Below, piece after piece: positions 11,820-22,100 of a DNA stretch of 64,000 nt. The translations under genes were made by a program, and so were the position numbers. Location of the stretch: contig JALAGF010000679.1 of NCBI GenBank assembly GCA_030167865.1, positions 1 to 64,000 of the forward strand, written 5' to 3'. Each line of letters begins with the position of its first letter. The stretch's first letter is position 1. The notes beneath the pieces are model-generated. The model worked only from the letters and a program-made list of their open reading frames with translations. It did no database searches and was not told the DNA's origin. This DNA comes from Craspedostauros australis. Lineage: Eukaryota.

Positions 11820-13385
11820 ATGTCGGGACAAGGCAACCAACAACATCAGCAGCACCAGCAGCAGCAGGGGGGCAACAACAACAACATGCTGCAGATCGGC
11901 GCCGGCGCAGATCAATTCGGAGGCCAGCAGCTCCAGCTCCAACAACAGCAGCAGCAGCAGCAGCAGTTCCAAGGCGCCACCAACCCGCACGCCATGGCCC
12001 AGAACCAGATGATGAACCCAGGCGCACCTCAGTTCGATGGAGGCAACGCCCTCCTGGCGCAGCAGCAGGCCCTCATGGGCATGACGCCGCAGGCATTCGA
12101 TGCCGGGGCCAGCCGTGACGCTCTCATGAGCATCCTCGCACGCCAGGGAATGGGAGGCGGCGACGGCCTGGCCAACATGGGCGGTCAGGCCGCGGCCATG
12201 CAATCGCAGCACGGCTTCGCCGGCATCCCGGGAGCCGATCAGGGCATGATGGGAGGCATGAACGCAGGCATGATGGTCGGCGGCATGAACCCAGGCATGA
12301 TGGGCGGCTTCGGCGGTCTCATCGGGGGCATGAACCCAGGCATGATGGGAATGCCTGGCATGGCCGCCGCCGGGAACTTCCTTGGAGCGGCCGGTGGCAT
12401 GCCAGGCGGGATGCCCGCGGGTATGCCTGGGACCATGCCCGGTGGCATGCCAGCTGCTGCCCAGGCCAACTCTGTGCAGCCCAACCCCATGGCCCCGGCG
12501 GGTGCCCCCGGTGCCGGCGACGACAAGATCGGCATGCCCAACGGCCAAGGCTCCATGGACCCCAACCAGGCCAACATGGCCCACCAGAACATGCTCATCC
12601 AGCAGATGCTCGCGCAGCAGGGCAACCCCAGCCTCTGGGGCCAGTACGGAGGCATGCCCGGTGCCCCCGACGCCATGATGAGCGCGGGCGCAGGCGGCCT
12701 CAACCCCAACTACCTCAGCATGCTGGGACAGGGCGGCCCGGGTCCTGCGGCGGGTCGCGATGCCGGCGACGCGGGCGTCTTCCAAGCCGGCGCCCTGCAG
12801 GACTTCGCCAAGTCCGGCAAGAAGTCGAGGCCCAAGAAGCCAAAGAACAAGCCAAAGAGACCCTTGTCCGCCTACAACATATTCTTCAAGGATGAGCGCG
12901 CCAAGATCCTCAAGGGCATCCCCGACAAGAAGAACAAGGACGCCACGGATGGCGACAAGGACGACAAGAAGGCCAAGGGCAAGGCCGGCGACGACAACGA
13001 TGCCAAGGGCAACGATGCGGACGACAAGGAAGCCAAGGACGACGAGGAGAAGAAGACCGACGAAAGCAAGGACGGCGACGCCGACGCCGACGATACCAAG
13101 AAGGCGAACGGCAAGAAGCGCAAGCGCGTTCCGCACGGCAAGATCGGTTTCGAAAGCCTCGCCAAGATCGTCGGCCAGAGGTGGAAGGAGCTGCCACCCG
13201 AAGAGCTCGAAACCTACAAGAAGAGAGCCGACGAGGACATGAAGCGCTACCGCAAGGAGATGGAGGCCTACGTCCAGAAGCAACGCGAAGGTCTGGAGCA
13301 AAGCCGCGAGCATCTGGAGAACCTCGTTAACGAGGAAACCAAGAAACGATACTTCGGGGATGCCAACGGGGTCAACCAGGGTTGA
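11820..13385 (+). CDS. HMG-box DNA-binding protein (diatom-type split HMG box) with a Q/G/M-rich low-complexity N-terminus, 521 aa
   Basis: KPKRPLSAYNIFFKDER ... acidic/Lys insert ... PHGKIGFESLAKIVGQRWKEL...YKKRADEDMKRYRKEM. Confidence 0.9.
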   Translation: MSGQGNQQHQQHQQQQGGNNNNMLQIGAGADQFGGQQLQLQQQQQQQQQFQGATNPHAMAQNQMMNPGAPQFDGGNALLAQQQALMGMTPQAFDAGASRDALMSILARQGMGGGDGLANMGGQAAAMQSQHGFAGIPGADQGMMGGMNAGMMVGGMNPGMMGGFGGLIGGMNPGMMGMPGMAAAGNFLGAAGGMPGGMPAGMPGTMPGGMPAAAQANSVQPNPMAPAGAPGAGDDKIGMPNGQGSMDPNQANMAHQNMLIQQMLAQQGNPSLWGQYGGMPGAPDAMMSAGAGGLNPNYLSMLGQGGPGPAAGRDAGDAGVFQAGALQDFAKSGKKSRPKKPKNKPKRPLSAYNIFFKDERAKILKGIPDKKNKDATDGDKDDKKAKGKAGDDNDAKGNDADDKEAKDDEEKKTDESKDGDADADDTKKANGKKRKRVPHGKIGFESLAKIVGQRWKELPPEELETYKKRADEDMKRYRKEMEAYVQKQREGLEQSREHLENLVNEETKKRYFGDANGVNQG

Positions 13386-13849
13386 GACTCGCAGACCATC
13401 GGTGACCATGATCCACGATGCCTGCAGTCTCATGCATGTTGCTGGGGATACACTGTCCATCACACGCGCGAATGTGCCTGCGCACGCATGTCTATGTGTG
13501 GATGTTGCACAAAACCGTCTTTGGTCTCGTACGTCTGTATCAAATGTAAAGGAGCATCGAGTACAGCACTCTCCCAATACGTAGTACTGCTCTATGCCAC
13601 ACAATATCAATCTCTACCATACAATACCACACTCTACTTCCCTACTCATACTGCCATGCTCCACTGTCATCGCATCTGCAACCCATCATCACGTTCCGTC
13701 TTTGCCGATGGCTGCGTTCGACGAGGACGCAGTTATGGAGAGAGTAGAGGACTCTCCGATACTCCTCTCCGTCGTGCCAACATGCGTCGTGCATTCGATT
13801 GGGCGTGCCGGTTCATGAGGTGCTCTCGTCTTCGGCATCCGCCATCTTT

Positions 13850-15821
13850 TCAGCACTGCCGATGTGATGCGGTTCGGCCAGGCCTTCCTCCGTTCCCTTG
13901 TTTGACCTGGGTCGTCCTCTGCACTTTCGAGGCAAGTTGTCGCCGCTGGATGGTCGCACGATCAGCGTACCATTTGTTCTTGATGCAGTTTCGCGAACGT
14001 CCAGGCAACGACTTGGCGATCATGCTCCATTGGTTGCCGACGCGTTGCTGTTCGCGATAGAGAATTTCCGTCTCCTCCTCGCTCCACCCGGCACTCGTAT
14101 GCGCCACGGATGGATCCAGCTTGTTCATGTAGCGTTCTCGGACCTGATCTCCCGTCCGTCCTGACATCTCCTTGGCGATCTCGCACCATCGCAGACCCTC
14201 GTGGCGCAACTTGATGATGAGGTGGTCCTCATCCTTCGTGTATGGCTCGCTATTGATTCCAGGCCGCAATCTCTGTTGTGAGTCAAAGCGTTGGTGGGTG
14301 GAATGGAATGGAATGGATTAGCGTCGAGGAGAAGAGAGTGCAGAAGTGCAGAAGCGCAGAGCAGGGAAATCCAATGAGCATCGTTATCGTCGGCGCGAAT
14401 CGTCAAATAGCTGTCGACGAATGGCACACACAGCACGAACAGAGGACGAGCACGAATACGACGAAGCCTGAGCAATATGAGAGCTTGCCGTTGGAGAAGC
14501 CCTGAAGATTGTTCTGTGCTTCTCCCCCATTTCTTCATTCAACAACTGTGGCAGCGAACGACATCGGACGATCAGCGTGATCAGCTTACCTTGTTCCATC
14601 GAGATTTGCATTGTGCCGCGTTGCGCACAGATGCAAAGGCAAGCCGAGCGATTTGAGACCACTTGTATGGAGGCCTGCGCTGGTCTAACACCACCTGTCT
14701 CAACTTGTCATCCTCCTCTGGTGTCCATCGCTGATGCTTGCGCGCCATGTGACGGGATTGCACAGACAGCATTGACTTTGAAGCCTGATAGCGTTTCTCT
14801 GTGATGGACTGCTTCGCTTTGTGCTTCTTGGGCATTATCTTGGGAGCGGCGCCGATGGTGACCGGCTGATACTTTTGGATGTGTAGCTTCAATTTTGTAT
14901 TCGCAGGAGCCGTGATGCAGAGTAGTATTTTCTTGGTGCCCGCACAGTCAATCTTGAGTCTGTGATCGACGGATTGTTCGTGATCGTGCTGCTTGTCGTC
15001 GAGGCTTGCGATGGGCCCATCGCTCTTCGCGGTGCTTGAGTGGCGGGGCGTATGCTCGGCAACGTGCTGCTGCTCGTCGGCCTGATACTGCAAGTTGATC
15101 GGAGGCATCAATTGTATCATGTGGCGAACATCCCGTTTCTCTGTGCTCATGCCCAGCAGCTGCACGTGTGTCGGTACATATGTGTATATGTGCGTGTGTG
15201 GGGGTGTGAGGATGCGTTGGTTCGAATGTGAGGTGACAACATGGTGAAGCCATCAGAAAGAGAGGTGGACAGAGAGATGCATCGAGAGATGGATAGAGGT
15301 GAGAAGCAGAGTGCATGATGCAGATCATTGGCAACCAGATCAGGAAGCGCGGAAACAAGCCAGGCATGCAACCAAGCAAGATGGTTGGCAATGGTTTGGT
15401 TCCGGACCAGTCTTCTCTAACTCTCTCGCTGTGTTTCCGTCTTTGTTGCTGCTGGTGCTACGAAAACTGGACGTACCGATGGATGGCGCCGTTCGCAGAC
15501 GATCGGCGTTGATGGGATGATGTCTTGCATCAAACTAAGGCCGGTGATGGGTGTGAAAGGCGAGAACGCACCATGCCTGAAGAAGAGACTGGTGTCGGTC
15601 GATGGTGCACTCGCGGCGTGGCTTGCCGCGTTGCCCATCTGAGGCGTCATGAGCTGCAAATCATCGACGGGAGGGCAGGAATCGTGGCGTCGTTGCACCG
15701 TTCGAAGGGATGGAGAGAGGAATGAATTCACCATTGCGTCGGCAGTGTTGCTGGTCATCGCGAGTGTGTTGCGTTTGCGGCTGTGAACGACTGGTGTGGT
15801 TGCCGTTCTTGTCATCATCAT
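13850..15821 (-). CDS. Three-repeat Myb transcription factor (3R-Myb-like); exons 15821-15477, 15159-14590, 14272-13850; ~445 aa
   Basis: Repeats RWTPEEDDKL...QCKSRWNK|RLRP, PYTKDEDHLII...QVRERYMNKLDP and GWSEEETEIL...NQWSMIAKSLPGRSRNCIKNKWY. Both GT-AG introns are phase 0. The first exon and start are less certain. Confidence 0.85.
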
Positions 15822-16550
15822 TGTCGTTGTCGTCTTTGTGTATTTGTGTGATTGTGCATATGTGTGCTTGCGTGGTTGGTTCGAAGGGCATGTCAGTGTC
15901 GTTGGATGAAATCAATTCGTTCTATTCTGGTCGGATGCTTTTTTGAATTGCGCGATTCGTGATGGGATGGGGTGGGATGGGATGGCAAGATCAACCCAAG
16001 AGATGATCGACATCCCGCAGGTTTCCACACATCGGCAACCAAGAAGAACGACACAAACAACGCGATCAACGCGGTGCTTCTTGTTGCGGAAAAAGTGAGA
16101 TCGCAGCGCCACGCAGAAGATACCACAGAAATTGAAACGGTTTTCCGATTCGACGGACTCGATGCAATGGATGCAGAAAATGCGTTATTTAGACGTTAAT
16201 ACAAAACCAAAACAAAAATGGACGCAGACCGACCGAGAACGTGCCGATGCCGTGCATGTTCGTCTTCTTGTCATTTGCCACCGATTGCTTGTTGGACGGC
16301 ATCATCCCATCTCCCATGGATCATAAGTACTCATGCGATCAAGAATACAAGTGAGCGACTTGGTGGCAGAGAATGAAGAGTGATTGGAACACTTGAACAC
16401 TTGAACACTCGGAGGACTGGAAGAGACAGTGGATGGGACGATTGTACGCACACGTGCGATAGGTGCCCCAAGACGAAAGAGCAGCATGTATGGTAGAGCG
16501 GGGGCGTACAGTTGCTCCTATTCTATCACATGCAACAGTACTCGCGCATC

Positions 16551-17264
16551 ATGGCAGAGCGAGGAGCAAAGACGACGGTGATCGAAGTGTGCCAAGGTCC
16601 GGACTGCTTCGGCGGAGGTGGAGGAGCTGTTCTGTTGGACATCGAAGAACTCGTGCAAGAGCACTTCTTCCTGAATCCGCCTCAGCTCAATCAGCAAGCA
16701 TGCCATTCAACGAAGTGCGGCACTCAGAACGACGTTGCCAACAGCAGCAGCAGCAGCTCCGACGACAGCGACACGGACGACGAAGGCCCGCTGCCATACC
16801 GCGTTGTCCGCGGTGGCTGTCGCAATCAGTGTGCGGTCGGTCCGAACGTCCACATCGTGACGAAGCATCCGAGGCATGGAAAACGATCCTCCTTTCAACA
16901 TCGCATCCACATTCCCAGCGTCCAGGATTTGGAGATTTGTCAGACGGTGGCGCAGCAGGCAGGATTGGGTTCCGATGCAGATCGCGCAGTGGAACCTGGC
17001 ATCATGGTCAAGATGCTTCGGAAACGGGCTGCGCGTCTGCGGTGGGAGTTGCTACGAGACATGGCGCGGTATCGTGCGAGGAGAAACAAGAACAAGAAGA
17101 GCGATGCGGAAGCGTTGTATTTGCAATACAGCGAGTTTGCCAAGACGGAGCGCAGCGCCAATCGTCCCGAGGCGGAGGCTGTGCGGGGACGGACAGAACG
17201 GCGATTGCAGCATTTGGATGGCATGATCAGGAACATGACTGGAAGCAAAGACGAGCAAGGGTGA
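16551..17264 (+). CDS. Thioredoxin-like [2Fe-2S] ferredoxin-domain protein
   Basis: IEVCQGPDC...GGCRNQCAVGPNV matches the C-X4-C...C-X3-C-xxGP signature of the NuoE/thioredoxin-like ferredoxin family. Alternative ATG at 16530. Confidence 0.75.
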   Translation: MAERGAKTTVIEVCQGPDCFGGGGGAVLLDIEELVQEHFFLNPPQLNQQACHSTKCGTQNDVANSSSSSSDDSDTDDEGPLPYRVVRGGCRNQCAVGPNVHIVTKHPRHGKRSSFQHRIHIPSVQDLEICQTVAQQAGLGSDADRAVEPGIMVKMLRKRAARLRWELLRDMARYRARRNKNKKSDAEALYLQYSEFAKTERSANRPEAEAVRGRTERRLQHLDGMIRNMTGSKDEQG

Positions 17265-18341
17265 ATCGAGTACTGTCTGGACTTGACTATGATATGATAG
17301 AGCATGTACATAGCATGTACAAAACATGTACAAAGCAGTAAAGTAGAGATATTCAATCTGCAGCTTCTATACGTCGATAATACGGCCTGGCGAAGTTCAA
17401 GAGCCGCCGCTGCCGGGCCATACAGAGCCTGCTGCTATTTCAGCATGCAGTATGACGTATTAATTTACATTAGAGAAGAGTACTCTACAAAACATAACAG
17501 TATTTACGAGGTAGCTGTCCATTTGAAGAATTGCATGTTGCTTGTGCGGTGTAGGTAGGTGAGGATCGCAAGTGTATTCGTCGAAGGTGGTGGCAGGTAC
17601 TACTAGGAGAAAAGAGAACCATCGTGCATACATTTTCTTACGGTAGAGGACCCTCTTCACTCGAATCCGATTCGTACGTTGCAGTCCAATCGATACCGAT
17701 ATCAACAGCCACAAGCAAGACAAGGAACAAATCATGAAAGTGACAGGGGGCATGTGCGTATGTGCTATGATTGGCTAGAGTAGAGTGTGGAGTATGCGCA
17801 TCTTCCGTGCTCTTGAGCGAGTGTGTAGAGCACAATTGCATGGCCATGTCGCAATCACCGTTGAGTCTCTCTCTCTCTATTCGTCCTCGTCGCCAGGCCA
17901 GGTTTTAGTGCGAATCAGTTTCTCCACAGGCTCAGTTTCTGCGTCCTTCACAGTTCCCGGCTGTGCCGACTCTCGTTCCATCGTCTTGTGCCTTGGGTAG
18001 CTTTGCTCTGACAAGCTTTGTCACTTGCTTCCCTCCCAATCTCACCGTTGATTGGGTTGGTTCAATCGCCCACTGCGTTGTTGATTGATTCCTTGATTCA
18101 TGCCTTTTTTCCTTTCTTGGTCTGTTTGCTTGGTCTGCATCTCCTTGTCTCCTTCGGCACAGGCTTGCTTGTGCAGCATATGCGGCGCGTGCACATGCGT
18201 CTATCCATATTGGTAGTGTGATATTGGTATGGTACGATATCTATCATGTGATGTGATGTGGTATCACGTGATGTGACGGGTTGTGTCGGTAGTGGTGGAC
18301 TTGGGGTACTAGAGTATGGTTGAGTATCGTTCCTCAAAGAT

Positions 18342-19196
18342 CTAGTTTTCTTGCAGTTCGTGTATTTCCTCTTCGTCGTCTTCGCGCAGATGCTCGAACT
18401 TTTCATCCTCGTCCTCCTCGTAGTCGCTGAGCATGTAGGTTTCCGACGAGACGAATGATTCGGAGAAGACGGATAGATCGCACTGATCGTCCGCTGGATG
18501 TTGCTGCAGGTGTCGCATGTGAACAGGGATGGAATCGACGGTGTGGAGGGACTCGTCGATGTCAAAGGATGAGCTCGCGATGGAGTGGGCGCCGTTGGCC
18601 CTGCGGTCCCTCCTGAGCGTGGCCACGGCCGGCACACCCGAGACGACGCCGCCGTCGCTGGATTTGATCTGTCGTTTCCGGAGCATGACGGAGTCCAGCG
18701 TCTGGTTGGAGGCCGACGTGAAGACGGAGTCGCCATCGTCGGGGATGGTGCCTTCGGCCATGGCGCCGTTGGCTGCAGAGGCCGCGCGCAGGTGCTGGTG
18801 CTTGCGGTGGGCGCGGAGGGAGTTGGAGCTGTGTGATCTGTTGGGCACCTTGCGCTGGAAGGATCCGGTCCTGAGGGGAGCGGCCCTGTTGAACATGCCG
18901 CTGTGGGCGCGGCTGACGGTGCGCGGCACATCCTGGGTGGCAAGATCCGCCGAGAAGGCCGGGCGTCCGATGCGGTTGCTCTGCGTTCGGCGCGGTGCGG
19001 ACCGGCGGCTGGGGCCGCTGTTGTAACGCGCCACGCCGCGACGGGCCGGTGCCTTTCGGCTGGGTCCGGCGGCGGCCGCAGAGTTGGCTGCGGAGGCCTG
19101 CGCCAGCTTGCTCATCGCCCGCAGCTTCGACACGGGTTCCGTCTGCATGGGTGTCACTGTGTCATCCATCTGCTGTTCTACTGCTGGTTCGGCCAT
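18342..19196 (-). CDS. Hypothetical intrinsically disordered protein, 284 aa (basic RxxS-rich N-half, acidic C-tail)
   Basis: ATG-to-stop ORF with strong GC3 codon bias and a C/A-rich leader upstream on the minus strand; no recognisable domain. Confidence 0.7.
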   Translation of the reverse strand: MAEPAVEQQMDDTVTPMQTEPVSKLRAMSKLAQASAANSAAAAGPSRKAPARRGVARYNSGPSRRSAPRRTQSNRIGRPAFSADLATQDVPRTVSRAHSGMFNRAAPLRTGSFQRKVPNRSHSSNSLRAHRKHQHLRAASAANGAMAEGTIPDDGDSVFTSASNQTLDSVMLRKRQIKSSDGGVVSGVPAVATLRRDRRANGAHSIASSSFDIDESLHTVDSIPVHMRHLQQHPADDQCDLSVFSESFVSSETYMLSDYEEDEDEKFEHLREDDEEEIHELQEN

Positions 19197-22100
19197 CTTG
19201 TCGTATTGTGGTTGTTGGTGCTTGCTGTGATTGTTGCTTTGGGTGGAAGGGAGCTTTTGGAGTCGTTGTCGTCCCCTTGCTGTTTCTATGAGTGTCTGTT
19301 ATGTCTGCTGTGTCTACAGTGTCTACCGGAATGGCTGTTGCTAATGCTGACGCCGCGCGTGACACTGATGCCTTCGCTTCTCTCTCACTCTCTCTTCCCG
19401 CAAGTACCTCTCTCTATATTGCCTGTCGGTCTGGTCAAGGTGGATAATGCGCCTTGTTGATGTTGAGTCTGTGCTGACGACTGTTGGATGATGGATGCTG
19501 GGTATAGTTAGTATTGGTATGCTATTGGTATTGTACGATCGTGGTTGGTTACGAGCAGCCGATCAAAATAGGTGTAGCGATGTTCGAATGCCTTCGACTC
19601 TTGGAGGTGTGTGTGTGTTTGTGCGCACTCGTACGAGTATGTTCGGTCCGCGCAGAGTGAGGGTGTGTGCGTGAAAGTCCCCTTCTGCTGGAACGTCCAA
19701 AAATTACGGCGGAACAAAAGTTACTCGGACTATCGCGGGAAGGGATTGGTTTCTTCGTTTCTCTGTTGATGGTGCCCGTGCTAGCCTGGCTGATACGGAC
19801 GCGATGCTGCGAGTTCCTTTCTTGCTGTGGTATTGAGATGGCGATGAAGATGGTGGCGATGGTGTTGGAGATGCTCTTTGCCTCTTGGTTGTTTGCTGTC
19901 AGGGTGTGTGTCCTCTTGACGAAGGTGTAACGTTGCTGCTGTTGCTGCTATTGCTGCTATTGTCAAGTGAAGCCTCTCTCTTGCTTCTTGCCTGTTGTTT
20001 CTTGTTGGAGGTTGGTGGTGAAGATGATGCCCAAATCGGGAACGGTCTCTCCACGGCTGTTTCTCGACTCGTTTTTCCCTTGATGTCTTCCCTTTGTTGT
20101 CCGTCTGTGTGTGTGCGTTTTGCACTCCCACGCTGTCTTCTTCCATGTCGTTCTGCTCCGAATCCTCGCTCAACACAAAACACCACGCCACATCGCGCAC
20201 TGTTTTCGCCCGCACAAGCGACACGACACGGTATTCTGTGCTCACTCCACGCATCTGCTCCGATGTCTGTGCAAACGACTGTTCTACGCGAAGTTCCCTG
20301 GGTGCGATTCGCGGCATCCGATTGGCGGAAGGAGTGCACTCTTTCCACAATCGTGTTGGGAGCTCGCCGTTGTACGACGAAATCCTACCATGTCCTCAAC
20401 ACAGACTCATGCTGGGGAGAAACGGTCATTTCGCGAAATGCCTTCTGTGTCGTCCATAGTTTCGTTGCTCACGAGGACCCGGCGTAACTCCTAGCGTTGG
20501 ACTCAGACATCCACGACAACGAATGAATCACTCGATCGAAGCTGCAGACTCATTGGACTTACCATTGAAAAGGCTAAAATACGTTAGTTTAGGAAGATGT
20601 ATGAACTATGATCTACAGGCACAAATCAAGAGAAAGTCGAGTTGGCATCTCTGCGAGTGAACAGCTCCGCTGGCACGAATAGTTGCACAAGCTGCTCGAC
20701 TCCGTGTTCGTACTCCAGTCTTCACGATCACTTTCATGGCTTCACGATCGTGGATTGCAGTTGTTCCTGGTGCCATGCTTTCGTTGACCTGCTCTTCCTG
20801 TCCCGGAGCGAGGAGTACGAGTATGTTCAAGAACACAGTTGCGAGTTCAAGGACGAACATGATTCAATGCGATTGGGACGTTGGACGAAACCGAAGAAGG
20901 CACGACTTTCCGAACAATGGACACTTCGACCTCTCAATCTCTCTCTCACTTTTCTTGTTCCTCTTCTTATCTTTATTCTGATTCTGTGGGATCAGGGCTC
21001 TTCCATCTTCCAGCTGCAGCAAATTGATGCGTCCAACTCGGACGCGACGTGACAAATTGCGTCTCAAGAGAGAAGGGCTGCGCATTTGGTAGTGTATTGG
21101 TGTGTGGTATCTGGGCAGGCAATTCTGAAAGATCTGGAGATCTGGGCGACGTCTTGCGGTTGTGGATTTGGTTGATGAAACAACACATCTGCTCCATGTG
21201 GCCAGGCTCAGCCGCGCCGTTGTCCACAACCCGCCAACAACCATCAACTACAAGCTATTGGGGTCACGTGCAACCAGCATAGTAGTACGGATACTCGTAC
21301 CATGGTGTGTTCACCAACGTGGGCAAGATCCGCCAGTGGCCTGGCATCCCGAGCCAGATCCCTGCTGCTCGTCAAAGGATTGGTGTGGTGCCTGGAAGAT
21401 TCAGAGGAACACAAAATGCGAAGCCGCGGTTGCGATTCTTTATTGCGTGATCATCATTGTGTGTCCGGTCCTGGGGCGCTCCACAAGTTATTCGTGCTCG
21501 TACGGCGGAGAATATTCATACGAGCACTCGTATGGTATGTACGTGATCTCGATCATCTCTGTGGGTAGAGAGCACTCCTGCCGCCGTCTTTTTGTCCTCA
21601 TTACACTCGTTGCCGTTGGTGTTGGCGCAATCGTCAACGGCGATGTCTTGCTTTCGTCGCTTTGCTGTCGATGTGTTGTTGTTGCGTTTGGTGCAGACTT
21701 TCATCCGGCTGCGCAAGCACAAGTACGAGGACGAGCTACAAGTATCATACCGATAGCGCCGAGAGCAAGCCTTTTGCTGCTCTGCTATCATAGATCGTAC
21801 ACGCCCGTCCTCTCATGTTGGTTAGTCTGTTGCTCTGTGGGAAATGACCATGCCACTCTGAAGAGCTTCAGCACAGAAACGCACAGAAAACATGCGCACC
21901 CCGACCAGTACCACCCTTCACAATCCACCATCCACCGGAGAAGGTGGCCAGAGTATAGTGCGCACACGGTTTCCTTCCTGACTTGCGGATACGACTAAGG
22001 CCACACGAGCAGAGAAGCTGGAGTAGGACCATCCGCACAAGTGAAGGTGTTCCGCTCTACTCTTCTCTGCTGAACTCCGTACGCATCGTATGGCAATTCC

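Noticed and set aside
11643-13610. 655-aa antisense ORF over the HMG gene (similarly 6813..8084, 27100..28164, 31581..33161, 36459..37397, 40302..41441, 45184..46542, 47619..48623, 48703..50025)
   Set aside because: Shadow ORFs expected from strong GC3 codon bias on the opposite strand; they have no domain motifs.
14273-15476. Both predicted Myb introns measure 317 bp
   Set aside because: Their sequences show no similarity to each other by eye; treated as coincidence, and the first junction is unverified.
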